A stretch of DNA of 64,000 bases from an uncultured delta proteobacterium (lineage in GTDB: Bacteria; Myxococcota; Myxococcia; SLRQ01), in assembly GCA_963727485.1 (NCBI GenBank), contig CAVSGM010000011.1:160001-224000 (forward strand), given 5' to 3'. The position numbers and the translations under genes are program-made. The notes below the pieces were generated by a model. The model did no database searches, had not been told where the DNA came from, and saw only the letters and a program-made list of their open reading frames with translations. The first letter of the stretch is position 1. Each line of letters starts with the position of its first letter. Positions 43,541 to 53,689 of the stretch are shown here, one piece after another.

Positions 43541-44358
43541 CTATCGCACCCCGGCGACCAGCAGCCCCAGCACCAGGCCCCCGAAGAGGATCCGGTAGAT
43601 GGCAAAGGGCACGAAGCCCCGGGTCCGCACCCAGTTCATGAACCAGGCGACCACCCCGTAGGCGACCACGAAGCTCACCCCGAAGCCGATGGCCAGCACG
43701 ATCCACTCCTCGGGGGTCTTGGGCCCGGCCCCGAGGGCGCCGCCGTGGCGCAGGGACTTGAGGAGGATCGTAGCCGGTGGCGGCGACCATGGTGGGGATG
43801 GAGAGCAGGAACGAGAACTCGAGGGCCGCGGGGCGGCTCATCTTCGCCAGCTGCCCGCCGGCGATGGTGGCCATGGACCGGCTGGTCCCGGGGAAGACCG
43901 CGGAGAAGATCTGGCAGAAGCCCACCCAGGCCGACTGCTTGTAGCTCATGGCCTCCACCGACTCGGTCTGCACCTTGGCGGTGACGTCGACCACCCACAT
44001 GATCGACGCCGCCGACGACCAGCGAGGTGCCCATCACCCACTCGCTCTCCAGGTTCTTGCCGATGACCTTGGTGAGCATCAGCGCCGGGATCGCGGTGAC
44101 CACGAAGGCGAGGCTGGTGAGGAAGATCGGCTTGTAGTCGCCGGTGACGAAGGTCCAGAGCCGCTTGCGGAAGTAGATCGGCAGGGTGAGGATCGCCCCG
44201 AGCTGGATGACGATGGTGAACATCTTCCAGTAGGGGTCGGTCAGGGGCACTCCCAGCCACCCCTCGGCGAGGCGGAGGTGGGCCGTGGAGGACACCGGGA
44301 GGAACTCGGTGAGGCCTTCGATGATCCCGAGGACGAGCGAGAGGAGGTAGTGGTTCAC
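43541..44358 (-). CDS. uppP: Undecaprenyl-diphosphate phosphatase (frameshifts ~44000, ~43770)
   Basis: [42 protein letters not shown]. Confidence 0.95.
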
Positions 44359-44419
44359 GATCTGCGCACGCTACACCGGGGGCCGGGACGGGAGAAGGGG
44401 GCGGTCGCGGGCGATCCGC

Positions 44420-44900
44420 CTACGCGGCGCCGGGCAGGGGGATGAGCCCGTGACGCCGCCACCCGACGCGGAGCAGCCAGGTGTGCGGCGCCGTGACCAC
44501 CGGGGCCCGGTCGTTCCCATCGCTCCGGCCGCCGTCACCACCGCCACCGCCGTCGCCACCACCTCGTGTCGGCGGCACCCGACCCCCGCGCCACCCGTCG
44601 AACCACCGTCCCGACGAGCAGGGATCCACCGGCGACCCGCCCCGCCCGAGGCGCCCGGCGAGCCCGTGGCGCGCGGCGGCGAAGGACGCCTCGATGACCC
44701 GAAGGCAGCGACGGGCCCGGAGGTTGAACACGTGCGGGCGCACCCGGAGGGTGACGTGCACCGGGTGGTGGGCGGCAACGGCCGGCCGCGGGTCGTGGGC
44801 GACGCCGGAGCGGTTGCCGCTGGGCTTGCGGCCGGCGCCCTTCCGGCGGCCGCCCCAGGTGCGCAGGTCGAAGGCGAGCTGGCGGGTGCGGGTGCTCGGT
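44420..44900 (-). pseudogene. Internally deleted Y1 (RAYT/IS200-like) transposase of the myxobacterial type
   Basis: TWGGRRKGAGRKP...HPVHVTLRV...NLR joined to DPCSSGRWFDGW...TWLLRVGWRRHGLI; no HUH core between them. Confidence 0.75.
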
Positions 44901-44976
44901 CGGCGCGCGGCCCGCGCGCCCGCCCGCGGTGTCGCCCCGCGCCCCTGCGTGCGTCCCGCCTCACCGCCTGCCCGCC

Positions 44977-45495
44977 TCACCGCCTGCCCGCGCTCCCGGC
45001 GCGGAGGAACCAGCGCCCGCCGTCCCCGTGATCGACGACGTACCCCGCCTTCTCGAGGACCCGGCGGGACGCGCGGTTCTCCCGGTCGGTGATGCCCGAG
45101 ATCTCCGGCAGGCCCCGGACCCGGTGCCCCCAGGCCGTGAGGGCCGCGACCGCCTCGGTGGCCAGGCCCTGCCCCTGGTGGGCCTCGCCGATGGCGTACC
45201 CGATCTCGACCAGGTCCCGATAGGGGCCAAGGCCCACGTGGCCCACCAGGACACCGGACCCGCGCGCCTCGACGCCCAGGACCAGCGGCCCGGACACCGG
45301 GGCGTACCGGTCCCCGTAGCCGGCGATGAGCCGGTCGAGCACGGCCCGGGCCGCGAACAGGTCGGCGTAGACCTGGTCGGGGAGCCAGCGCCGCATCCCC
45401 GCCTCGCGGCTCATGGCGAAGACCGGTCCGAGGTCGTCGAGGGTGAACGGTCGGAGGACCAGGCGGTCGGTCTCGAGCTCGGGGGCGAGGGCCAT
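44977..45495 (-). CDS. GNAT N-acetyltransferase (RimJ/RimL type)
   Basis: LETDRLVLRP, EIGY...GQGLATEA, NRASRRVLEKAG. Confidence 0.93.
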   Translation of the reverse strand: MALAPELETDRLVLRPFTLDDLGPVFAMSREAGMRRWLPDQVYADLFAARAVLDRLIAGYGDRYAPVSGPLVLGVEARGSGVLVGHVGLGPYRDLVEIGYAIGEAHQGQGLATEAVAALTAWGHRVRGLPEISGITDRENRASRRVLEKAGYVVDHGDGGRWFLRAGSAGRR

Positions 45496-45510
45496 GGGTC
45501 GCCTCGCGCG

Positions 45511-45855
45511 TTACCGGTCCGCCAGCTGGTGCCGGCGCAGGGCCACCAGCCAGGCGTCGATCTCCGCCCGGTTCGGGGCCTCCGCCGGCAGGGGGGACCG
45601 CGCCTCGGCGTCGGCCACCCGCGCGGCCAGGGCGTCCCACACGGCCTCCAAGCCCGTCTTCTCCGCAGCGGAGAGGACCGCGTGCTCGCCGCCGCCGCGC
45701 CCTCGTTCGATGAGGGCATCCACCTCGCCGAGCCCGTGGGCCGCGGTGGTCACCCGGACGTCGGTCTCCACCTGGCCCTCCAGGAGGAGGTGGATGCCGG
45801 TGCCCGCGACCCGGTAGCCGTAGAGGTGGGCCCCGGAGAGGGCGCAGAAGACCAT
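45511..45855 (-). pseudogene. Internally deleted YcgL-like predicted nucleotidyltransferase
   Basis: SGAHLYG runs directly into YRV..TGIHLL...GQVE and S.LP; the DxD segment is missing. Confidence 0.65.
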
Positions 45856-45874
45856 CGGCCCCGCCGGCGGCCAA

Positions 45875-46834
45875 TCAGGCCGCCACCGGCCGCCGGCGCA
45901 GCGCCGTTCGCCGCAGGCTCCAGTGCCAGAAGGCGGTGGCGATGGTGGCCAGGGCGACGGTGGCGTAGACCACGTGGCTCAACGCCGGCATCTGCACCAG
46001 GGCCAGCTCGCCCGCCAGCCAGCCCGCCAGGAGCATCCCGCCCACGATGGCGAACGCGTCTCCGAAGCGGTGACGTCGGAGCAGCAGCACCGCCGCCACC
46101 AGGTTCCCCAGCCCCGGGAGCAGGAAGAGCAGGAGCCCGGGGATGAGGAAGTCGGTGAACGGCGTGTGCGCCAGGAGCGACGGGTTCAGCCACTCGGCCC
46201 AGCTCGGGCCCTGGGGCCAGATCATCAGCTCGAGGCCGCCGAGGGTCGCCGAGAGGCCGGCGAAGAGGGCCAGGGCGCCGGCGAAGCGGCGCACGGTCGC
46301 GGACCGCGGATCCACCCGCCGGGTCATCGGCACCCTGGCCTCGGGGACGGTCTCGAGGGTCCGGGCGACGTCGCGGGCGAAGGCTCGGGCCTGGTCGAAG
46401 TCCCGGAAGTCGCCGCCGTGCCCGCCCTCGACCATCTTCCGGGCGATGAACCCGCCGGCGTCGGGGGCCAGGCGCCCGCCGAAGGTCGAGTGGCCCCGGG
46501 CGTGCACCCCTTGCATCAAGCGGCGCACCTGCGGCGTCGGGGCGATATCCCCCTGGGTGGCGGAGTCGTCCAGGGGTCCGCTGGAGAAGAACCACACCGG
46601 CACCCGGCGCAGCTCCTCCACGTGACGCTGCACGAAGCGCCGGGCGTGGCGGTGCCAGCGGAAGGCATAGAGGGCGCCCCCCACGATGACGGCGTCGAAG
46701 GGGTCGATGTCCTCCACCTTCCGGGCGTCCCGAACGATGACGTCGTGGTCGGCGTAACTCAGGGTCTCGGCGATCACCTCGGCGAGGCCCTCGGTGCCGC
46801 CGCGCTTGGATCCGTAGGCGATGAGGATGCGCAT
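45875..46834 (-). CDS. HemG-like flavodoxin domain fused to a 4-TM domain
   Basis: ILIAYGSKRGGT, DAVIVGGALY, VWFFSSGPL, GDFRD; then hydrophobic helices with TPFTDFLIPG. Confidence 0.8.
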   Translation of the reverse strand: MRILIAYGSKRGGTEGLAEVIAETLSYADHDVIVRDARKVEDIDPFDAVIVGGALYAFRWHRHARRFVQRHVEELRRVPVWFFSSGPLDDSATQGDIAPTPQVRRLMQGVHARGHSTFGGRLAPDAGGFIARKMVEGGHGGDFRDFDQARAFARDVARTLETVPEARVPMTRRVDPRSATVRRFAGALALFAGLSATLGGLELMIWPQGPSWAEWLNPSLLAHTPFTDFLIPGLLLFLLPGLGNLVAAVLLLRRHRFGDAFAIVGGMLLAGWLAGELALVQMPALSHVVYATVALATIATAFWHWSLRRTALRRRPVAA

Positions 46835-46958
46835 GGTCTTCTCCCCCCGGGCCGCGCGCACGAGCTGCGGTTGCCGCGGCCGCGACGCAGAGCGGTGCAA
46901 GGCAGGTGCCGCCGGCACCCCGCCGAGGACCGGCCTCCGGCTATACTGGCCCCCGGCC

Positions 46959-48116
46959 ATGCCCGCTCGCACGATCCCCAGGGGCCAGGAGGCGCTGGTC
47001 CGCCGGATGGTGGCGCCGTCCCGGCTGCCGCCGGGGTGGCGCTTCCTCGGGGCCCGGGTCGAGCCCGAGTGCATCGTGGCCCGCTACCGGGACGCCCGGG
47101 GCCCCCTGTCGATCCGCCTCGGCCACCCGGGCGCGGAGGGGGTGCCGGCGACGGCGGCCTTCGCGGTGCGGACCTCCCGCCAGGACCCGGCGGCGCGGGC
47201 CCTCCTGGGGGCGGTGCTCGAGAGCGTCCGGGACCAGGAGGCGGCCTTCGTCTGGGGCGCCGGTGGTCCGGGCGAGGAGCCCGGCGCCGATCCCTGGCGC
47301 CCCGACGTGGAGTGGTGGGCCTTCGAGGCCGGGGTGAAGCCCGCGATCCGCTCGAGCGTGGCGCCGGAGGCGGCCGACGCCCTGGCCCGGCGCTTCCGGC
47401 GCCACGGCGCCTGCGTGGCCCGGTCGGGGCCGGTGCCCCTGCGCGGGGAGGCGGTGGTGCTGGTCTACGCCGCCCACACCCAGGCCGAGGCCGACGCCCT
47501 GCGCACCCTCGAGGAGGAGATCTTCGGGGCGCCCCGCACCGGGGACGCCGTGCCCCTCCTGGCGCAGACCCGGGAGCTGGGCGCGCGCCTGGGCTACCCC
47601 GCCTGCTGCGTGGCCGCCTTCAACGCGCGCTACGCCCGGCTCACCGGCGGGGGGCCGGGCCCAGCGGCCCACGACACCTGGCTGGGGGCGGTGGACGCCT
47701 GGGTGCCCGCGCCCCGGGCGCGGCTCAACGCCCTGGTGTCCCCGCACCCGACGCTCATCAGCTTCGAGCCGTGCCGCTACGACTGCGCCCCCGCCCTGGC
47801 GGTGGCCGACGCCACGGCGGCGGCGCTCGGTGAGGTCGAGCCCGCGATCCTCGCCGACCTCGACGCGACCCTGGCCCGCCCGGTGGTCATCGCCGCCGAC
47901 GGCGCCCGGGCGTGGGTCGAGCTCGCCCGGGAGGGCGGGGTCCCCACCATCGTCGCCGCCGAGGCCCTGGTGGCGCCCGGCGCCGAGGCGCGCCCCGAGG
48001 ACGCGCGCCTCGCCGCCGAGGTGGTGGGGCGGACCGCCGGGGCGACGGGACGGATCGAGGGGCTCGGGGACGGGGCGTGGCCCCCGCTGCTGGTCGACTT
48101 CCCGGCGGGCCGGTAG
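46959..48116 (+). CDS. DUF483-like protein
   Basis: GVKP, LGARLGYPACCVAAF, LISFEPCRYDC. Confidence 0.65.
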   Translation: MPARTIPRGQEALVRRMVAPSRLPPGWRFLGARVEPECIVARYRDARGPLSIRLGHPGAEGVPATAAFAVRTSRQDPAARALLGAVLESVRDQEAAFVWGAGGPGEEPGADPWRPDVEWWAFEAGVKPAIRSSVAPEAADALARRFRRHGACVARSGPVPLRGEAVVLVYAAHTQAEADALRTLEEEIFGAPRTGDAVPLLAQTRELGARLGYPACCVAAFNARYARLTGGGPGPAAHDTWLGAVDAWVPAPRARLNALVSPHPTLISFEPCRYDCAPALAVADATAAALGEVEPAILADLDATLARPVVIAADGARAWVELAREGGVPTIVAAEALVAPGAEARPEDARLAAEVVGRTAGATGRIEGLGDGAWPPLLVDFPAGR

Positions 48117-48183
48117 GCGCGGCCGGGGCGGTCGGCCCGCGGGTCGTTGACGCGGGCGCAGGGCGTCACTACAGACCCCCGCC

Positions 48184-49074
48184 ATGGCCGACTACCACTC
48201 CATCCGCTATCGCACCGACGGCCGCCTGGCGCGGATCACCCTCGACCGTCCCGAGCGTCGCAACGCCATCGACGACCACATGCCCGGGGAGCTCCGCCGG
48301 GCGGTGGAGGCGGCGAACGCCGACGACGCCATCCACGTGATCGTCCTCGACGGCGCCGGGGAGGCCTTCTGCGCCGGCTACGACCTGAAGCACTACGCCG
48401 AGGGCGAGAGCCAGGGGGTGCAGGCCGACATGCCCTGGGACCCCATGGCCGACTTCCGGATGATGAAGCGCAACACCGACGACTTCATGAGCCTGTGGCG
48501 CTCGGACAAGCCCACGGTGGTCAAGCTCCACGGGTACGCGGTGGCCGGGGGCTCGGACATCGCCCTGTGCGCCGACCTCATCGTCATGGCCGAGGACGCG
48601 CGCATCGGCTACATGCCGACGCGGGTGTGGGGGACGCCGACCACGGCGATGTGGGTCCACCGCCTGGGGCCCGAGCGGGCCAAGCGGCTGCTCCTCACCG
48701 GCGACACCATCGACGGGGTGCAGGCCGAGCGCTGGGGGCTGGTCCACCAGGCGGTGCCGGCGGAGGCGCTCGACGCCGAGGTGGAGCGGCTTGCCCGGCG
48801 CATCGCCGCGGTGCCGCGCAACCAGCTGATGATGCAGAAGCTGCTGGTGAACACCGCCTACGAGAACATGGGCATGGCCACCTCGCAGATCCTGGCGACC
48901 CTCTTCGACGGGGTGAGCCGCCACTCCCCCGAGGGGATGTGGTTCAAGCAGCTCGCCGAGCGCGAGGGGTTCCACGAGGCGGTCGAGTGGCGCGACTCGG
49001 GGCGCGAGCTGCCCGACGGCGAGGCGGCGCGGGCGGCCATCGAGGATCGGTACCCGCGGCGGGGCGGGAAGTAG
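48184..49074 (+). CDS. Crotonase/enoyl-CoA hydratase family protein
   Basis: ITLDRPERRNA, FCAGYDL, HGYAVAGG. Confidence 0.95.
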   Translation: MADYHSIRYRTDGRLARITLDRPERRNAIDDHMPGELRRAVEAANADDAIHVIVLDGAGEAFCAGYDLKHYAEGESQGVQADMPWDPMADFRMMKRNTDDFMSLWRSDKPTVVKLHGYAVAGGSDIALCADLIVMAEDARIGYMPTRVWGTPTTAMWVHRLGPERAKRLLLTGDTIDGVQAERWGLVHQAVPAEALDAEVERLARRIAAVPRNQLMMQKLLVNTAYENMGMATSQILATLFDGVSRHSPEGMWFKQLAEREGFHEAVEWRDSGRELPDGEAARAAIEDRYPRRGGK

Positions 49075-49210
49075 GCGGGCGGCAAGCAGGCGGGCGGGCC
49101 GGGGTGACACCGGAAGCGCCGCGCCGGCCCGTGACCGCGGGGCGCGGGCTGCCTAACCTGCCCCGAGGCGTCCCCGGGCGCCCGAACCCTTCCTCGTGGA
49201 GCGCCACACC

Positions 49211-50836
49211 ATGAACGCCAGGTCGACGACCCCCTCGCAGCTTCCGGCCGACACCCGCAGCCGGTCCTGCCCCTCACCGCGGGGGCCCTGCTCCGGGAGG
49301 CGGCGGCCGAGGCGCCCGACGCCCTGGCGCTCGTGGCCGGGATGCCCGACCCGGCGGCGCGCCGCACCTGGACCTACGCCGAGCTCCTCGAGGACGCCGA
49401 GCGGACGGCCCGGGCGCTGCTCGCGCGCTTCGAGCCCGGGGACCACGTGGCGGTGTGGTCGCCGAACTTCCCCGAGTGGATCCTCCTGGAGTACGGCTGC
49501 GCCCTGGCGGGCCTGGTGCTGGTCACGGTGAACCCGTCGCTGAAGCAGGGCGAGGTGCGCTACGTCCTCGAGCAGTCCCGGGCCGCCGGGGTGTTCGCGC
49601 CGGCGTCGTTCCGGGACGCGCCCATGGGCGAGGTCGCCCGGGCGCTGGCCGGCGGAGCTCCCCGAGCCTGCGCGAGGTGGTGACCTTCGACGACTTCGAC
49701 GCCTTCCTCGACCGGCGGCGATCGCGCAGCGGCGCTCCCGGAGGTGGCGCCCACGGACCCGGTGCAGATCCAGTACACCTCGGGGACCACGGGCTTTCCC
49801 AAGGGCGCGCGGCTGCACCACCAGGGCATCGTGAACAACGCCCGGTTCATCCTCGAGCGCGTCGAGCTCGGCGACGACCGGAGCGCCTGGGTGAACCCGA
49901 TGCCGCTCTTCCACACCGGCGGCTGCGTCATCGCGACCCTGGGGGCGGCGTGGCAGCGGGCGCCGATGGTGCTGGTGCCCTGGTTCGACCCGGCGCTGAT
50001 CTGGGAGCTGGTGGCGGAGCTACGGGGCGAGCCTGGTCGCCGGGGTGCCCGACGATGCTGGTGGGCCTGGAGTCGGTGCCCGAGGCGCAGCAGGCGCCGG
50101 CGTCGCTGCAAGCGGCGTGGTCACCGGCGGCTCGGTGGTGCCGGCGCCCTTGGTGCGGCGCGTGGAGCGCGAGTGGGGGGTGAGCATCGCCAACGTCTAC
50201 GGCCAGACCGAGCTGGCGCCGGTGGTCGCCATGACCGGCCCCGCGGACTCGGCCGAGGACAAGGCCCACACCATCGGCCGGCCCCTGCCCCAGGTGGAGG
50301 TGAAGATCGTGGATCCCCTCAGCGGCGAGGTGGTGCCCCGGGGTGTGTCCGGGGAGATCTGCGCCCGGGGCTACCAGAAGATGCTCGACTACTTCGAGAT
50401 GCCCGGTGCGACCGCCGAGACCATCGACGCCGAGGGGTGGCTGCACACCGGCGATCTCGCGTCCATGGACGCGCGCGGGTACCTGACCATCACCGGGCGG
50501 CTCAAGGACATGATCATCCGCGGGGGCGAGAACCTCTACCCCCGGGAGATCGAGGAGCGGCTCTTCGCGCATCCGGCGGTGGCGAGCGTGGCGGTGGTGG
50601 CCCGGCCGTCGGAGACCTGGGGTGAGGAGGTGGCGGCGGTGCTGGTCCCGAAGCCGGGGGAGACGCTGCCGAGCGCCGCCGAGCTGAAGGCCTGGTGCCG
50701 CGAGGCGCTCTCGCCCCAGAAGACGCCGGCGCACTGGTATGGCGCCGAGGCGTTGCCGCTGACGGCGTCGGGGAAGATCCGCAAGTTCGTGCTCGCCGAG
50801 CAGGTGGCGGCGGGGAAGCTCACGCCGCTGGCGTAG
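49211..50836 (+). CDS. AMP-binding acyl-CoA synthetase (several frameshifts)
   Basis: YTSGTTGFPKG, YGQTE, GWLHTGD, GRLKDMIIRGGEN, TASGKIRK. Confidence 0.92.
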
Positions 50837-50851
50837 GGGGCCCGGCGACGC

Positions 50852-52071
50852 CTACCGCGGGTCCATGACCCGGCCCACGAAGAGGACGGTGCCCTGGCCG
50901 GGTGCCGGATGACGAAGAGGAACGGCCGGTCGAAGGCCAGGGGGACGGCCGGCTCGTAGACGGCGCCGGCGCCCACCACGGCGGTGGCGGCGGCGGCCTC
51001 GGTGCCCGACTCGTCGACGCGCACGTAGGCCTTATGGACCACCTTGGTGAGGTGGAGGTCGCGCCCCCCGTCGATCCCCGAGAAGTCGGCGGTGGCGGGG
51101 TCGAAGGCGTCGGTCATGCCGAAGCCCTCGAGGGTCCGGCCCAGCGGCAGCGCCGACTCGACGGTGAACCGGGGCAGCGAGAGGTCGACCTTCCCGGGAT
51201 CGAGGCTGTGGACCATGGCGTCGAAGGTGGCGGCGTCGAGGTGGGCGGTGAGGGCGTCGAGGGTGCCGGCGTCGGGGAGGATGAGGTCCATCTCCAGGTC
51301 GACGCCCGCGTAGGGCAGGGCGACCATCTGCCACCCGTTCCCCCGGGCGTACGCGAGGTCGGCGGCCTGGTGCATGGTGGGCACGCTGGCGCTGGCCCCG
51401 CCGTCGAGGTGGAAGGTGGCGCTCTTGGTCCTTGCCGGGTCGAAGCGGCGCTTCCAGGTGCAGTTGAGGTAGACGGCGTTGACCAACACGAAGCGGGTGG
51501 CGGCGTCGACGTCGCCCGGGGCGAGGATGTTCGGGATCTTTCCGTTGGTCACCGCCGAGACCCAGCCGTCGATCTGCGTCCGCGCGTCCTCGGCCTTCTT
51601 GGCGAAGTCGAGGAGGTACACCCCGGTGCCGTAGTCGCGCTTGAGGGTGTCGAGGAACGGCGACTCGAGGTGGAGGCCGGTCTGGGCGAAGAGGGCGTTG
51701 GCGATGCGCACCTTGTCCCCGAGCTGCAGGCCGAGGTCGAGCCAGTCGAAGCCCGCGTGGAGGGTGGCGCCCGGGAGGGTGAAGTGGAGGGCGCCGGCCA
51801 TCTGGGTGGCGGTGTCGCCCCGGGCGCCGGCGTAGGTCATGGCCAGGGCCGAGGAGACGCTGAAGGGCGAGACGGCCAGGTTCCCCGGGTCGGCGGCGCG
51901 CAGGAGGTCGAAGGCGAAGTCGGTGTTCCCGTCGACCAGGGTCTTCTGGTCGGCGCTTGTGAGCGACGGCTTCAGGTCGCGGGCGAGGGCCGACTGCTTC
52001 AGCTGCCCCGGCGGCTGGGGCGCGCAGGCGGCGAGGGCGAGGACGGCGACGAGGGCTGCGAGGCGGCGCAT
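50852..52071 (-). CDS. Serpin family lipoprotein (frameshift ~50900)
   Basis: Lipobox LAAC; SPFS, LVNAVY, VDESGTEAAAAT hinge, FDRPFLFVI, LFVGRVMDP. Confidence 0.93.
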
Positions 52072-52180
52072 GGCGCTCCTCCCGGGGGCACGTGGGCGCC
52101 GCGCGGATGGCGCGGGCGGGCCCCTGAAGGAGTATCCCACGGTTGGGGGGCGGTGGGCGCGCGGAGGTGCGCGGCGCGGG

Positions 52181-52568
52181 CTACCGGCTGGGCAGGGGGC
52201 GAGGTGGGCCTCGATCCACCGGCGCAGCTCGTCGAGCTCGGCGTGGCCGGCGATGACCCGGTCACGATGAAGGCCTCGGCGTCGTCGGCCGTGGTCTCGA
52301 GGTGCCAGCCGTCCAGGCGCAGGAACACGGCGGTGAGCGCGAAGGCCATGCGCTTGTTGCCGTCGACGAAGGCGTGGTTCCGGGCGAGGCTCTGGCACAG
52401 GGCCGCGGCCTGCTCGGAGAGGGAGTCGTAGTAGCCCGAGCGGGGGCGGTGGAGGGCGCTCTCCAGGAGCCCCGGGTCGCGGACGCCGGCGTCGCCGCCG
52501 AAGCGGTCGATGAGCAGGCGGTGGAGGTGCAGCGCCTCCTCGAGGGTCGGGTAGACGGGGGTGGTCAC
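52181..52568 (-). CDS. doc: Doc/Fic family toxin (frameshift ~52260)
   Basis: HAFVDGNKR motif; GVRDPGLLESALHRP. Confidence 0.9.
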
Positions 52569-52780
52569 TTGGCGAGGCGCCGGAGGAGGGCGTCGTGCTC
52601 GTCCATGACCTCGAGGGCCGCCTCGTGGAACGCCGGCCGCACGCGGTTGTGCTCGAGGTAGAGCTTCGCGGCCTCGGTGAGGACCGAGGCGAGGGTCCGG
52701 CCCTCGGCCTTGGCGTGGGCGCGCAGCGCCTCGAGGGTCTCGGGGTCCATCTGGGCGCTGAACTTGGTCATGCCGGGCAT
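52565..52780 (-). CDS. Ribbon-helix-helix antitoxin
   Basis: KFSAQMDPETLEALRAHAKAEGR...; tail EHDALLRRLAK typical of Doc-linked antitoxins; GTGA overlap with the toxin. Confidence 0.85.
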   Translation of the reverse strand: MPGMTKFSAQMDPETLEALRAHAKAEGRTLASVLTEAAKLYLEHNRVRPAFHEAALEVMDEHDALLRRLAK

Positions 52781-52787
52781 GGGGGGG

Positions 52788-52816
52788 AGCGTAGGGAGGC
52801 GCCTGGCGAGCGTCAA
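52788..52816 (-). promoter_or_regulatory. Sigma70-type promoter of the toxin-antitoxin operon, probably leaderless
   Basis: TTGACG-N17-TACGCT, ending 7 nt before ATG 52780. Confidence 0.6.
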
Positions 52817-52855
52817 GACAGAGCAAGAAACATCATGAATGCTTCCCGGGCGCCT

Positions 52856-53480
52856 CATGCATGCCGTAGGGCCGAGCACCCGGTATGATGGGCAGGTCGT
52901 GCCGTCCCGTGCCACACGCGCCGCGCTGTGCGCGGTCCTGGTCCTTGGGTCCGGGGGATGCCTCTCGGTGACCACCGGGCAGATGGCGGACACCCTCGCC
53001 CCCGGGCACCTCCAGGTGGCGCTCGAGCCGGGCGTGGTCCGGCAGCGGCGACGGGTTCTCGGTGGTGCCGCAGCTCAACCTCGCGATGCGCTACGGGCTC
53101 GGGCCGCGGGTGGACCTCGGCGCCCGGCTGGGGACCACGGCCTTCGACGTGTCCCCCAAGGTGCTGCTGACGGCGCCCGGGGCCGCGGGGCCGGTGGTCT
53201 CCATCGCGCCCGAGCTCGGCATCGGCTCGGGCGGCCCGGTGCCGCTGCTTGTACCTGGAGGTGCCGGTGATCCTGGGCTTCCACCTGGGCGATGGGAACG
53301 AGCTGGTGCTCGCGCCCAAGGTGCTGGCGTGGCACTACGTCGGGGATAGCTCGGGCGACACCCTGGCGGCGGGCGGGCTCGCTGGGGATCGCCTTGGACC
53401 TCGGCCGGGGTGTGCACCTGGTGCCAGAGGTCGCGGTCGCCAGGCCGCTCGATCGCCGGGCCGCCGCCGTCGCAGGGATC
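52856..53480 (+). CDS. Frameshifted or truncated outer-membrane lipoprotein-like gene
   Basis: Lipobox SGGC, QMADTLAPG, RYGLGPRVDLGARL, spread over several frames. Confidence 0.5.
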
Positions 53481-53689
53481 GGTCGGGGGACTGACCGGCG
53501 GCCAGCCGAACGAGGGGACCCTGGTGCAGGGTCAGATCGGCCATCCTCTTCGGGGGGTGAGGGCGAGGCGGGGGACAGGCCCGTAGCCTCGGCGGCCTGG
53601 CGCAAGCTCTGGTCGTGCTCGGGGACGATTTGGGCGCTGAACCTGGTGACTCCGGATGTGGGATGCCGCGGGAGCTGCGTGTCACGGGA

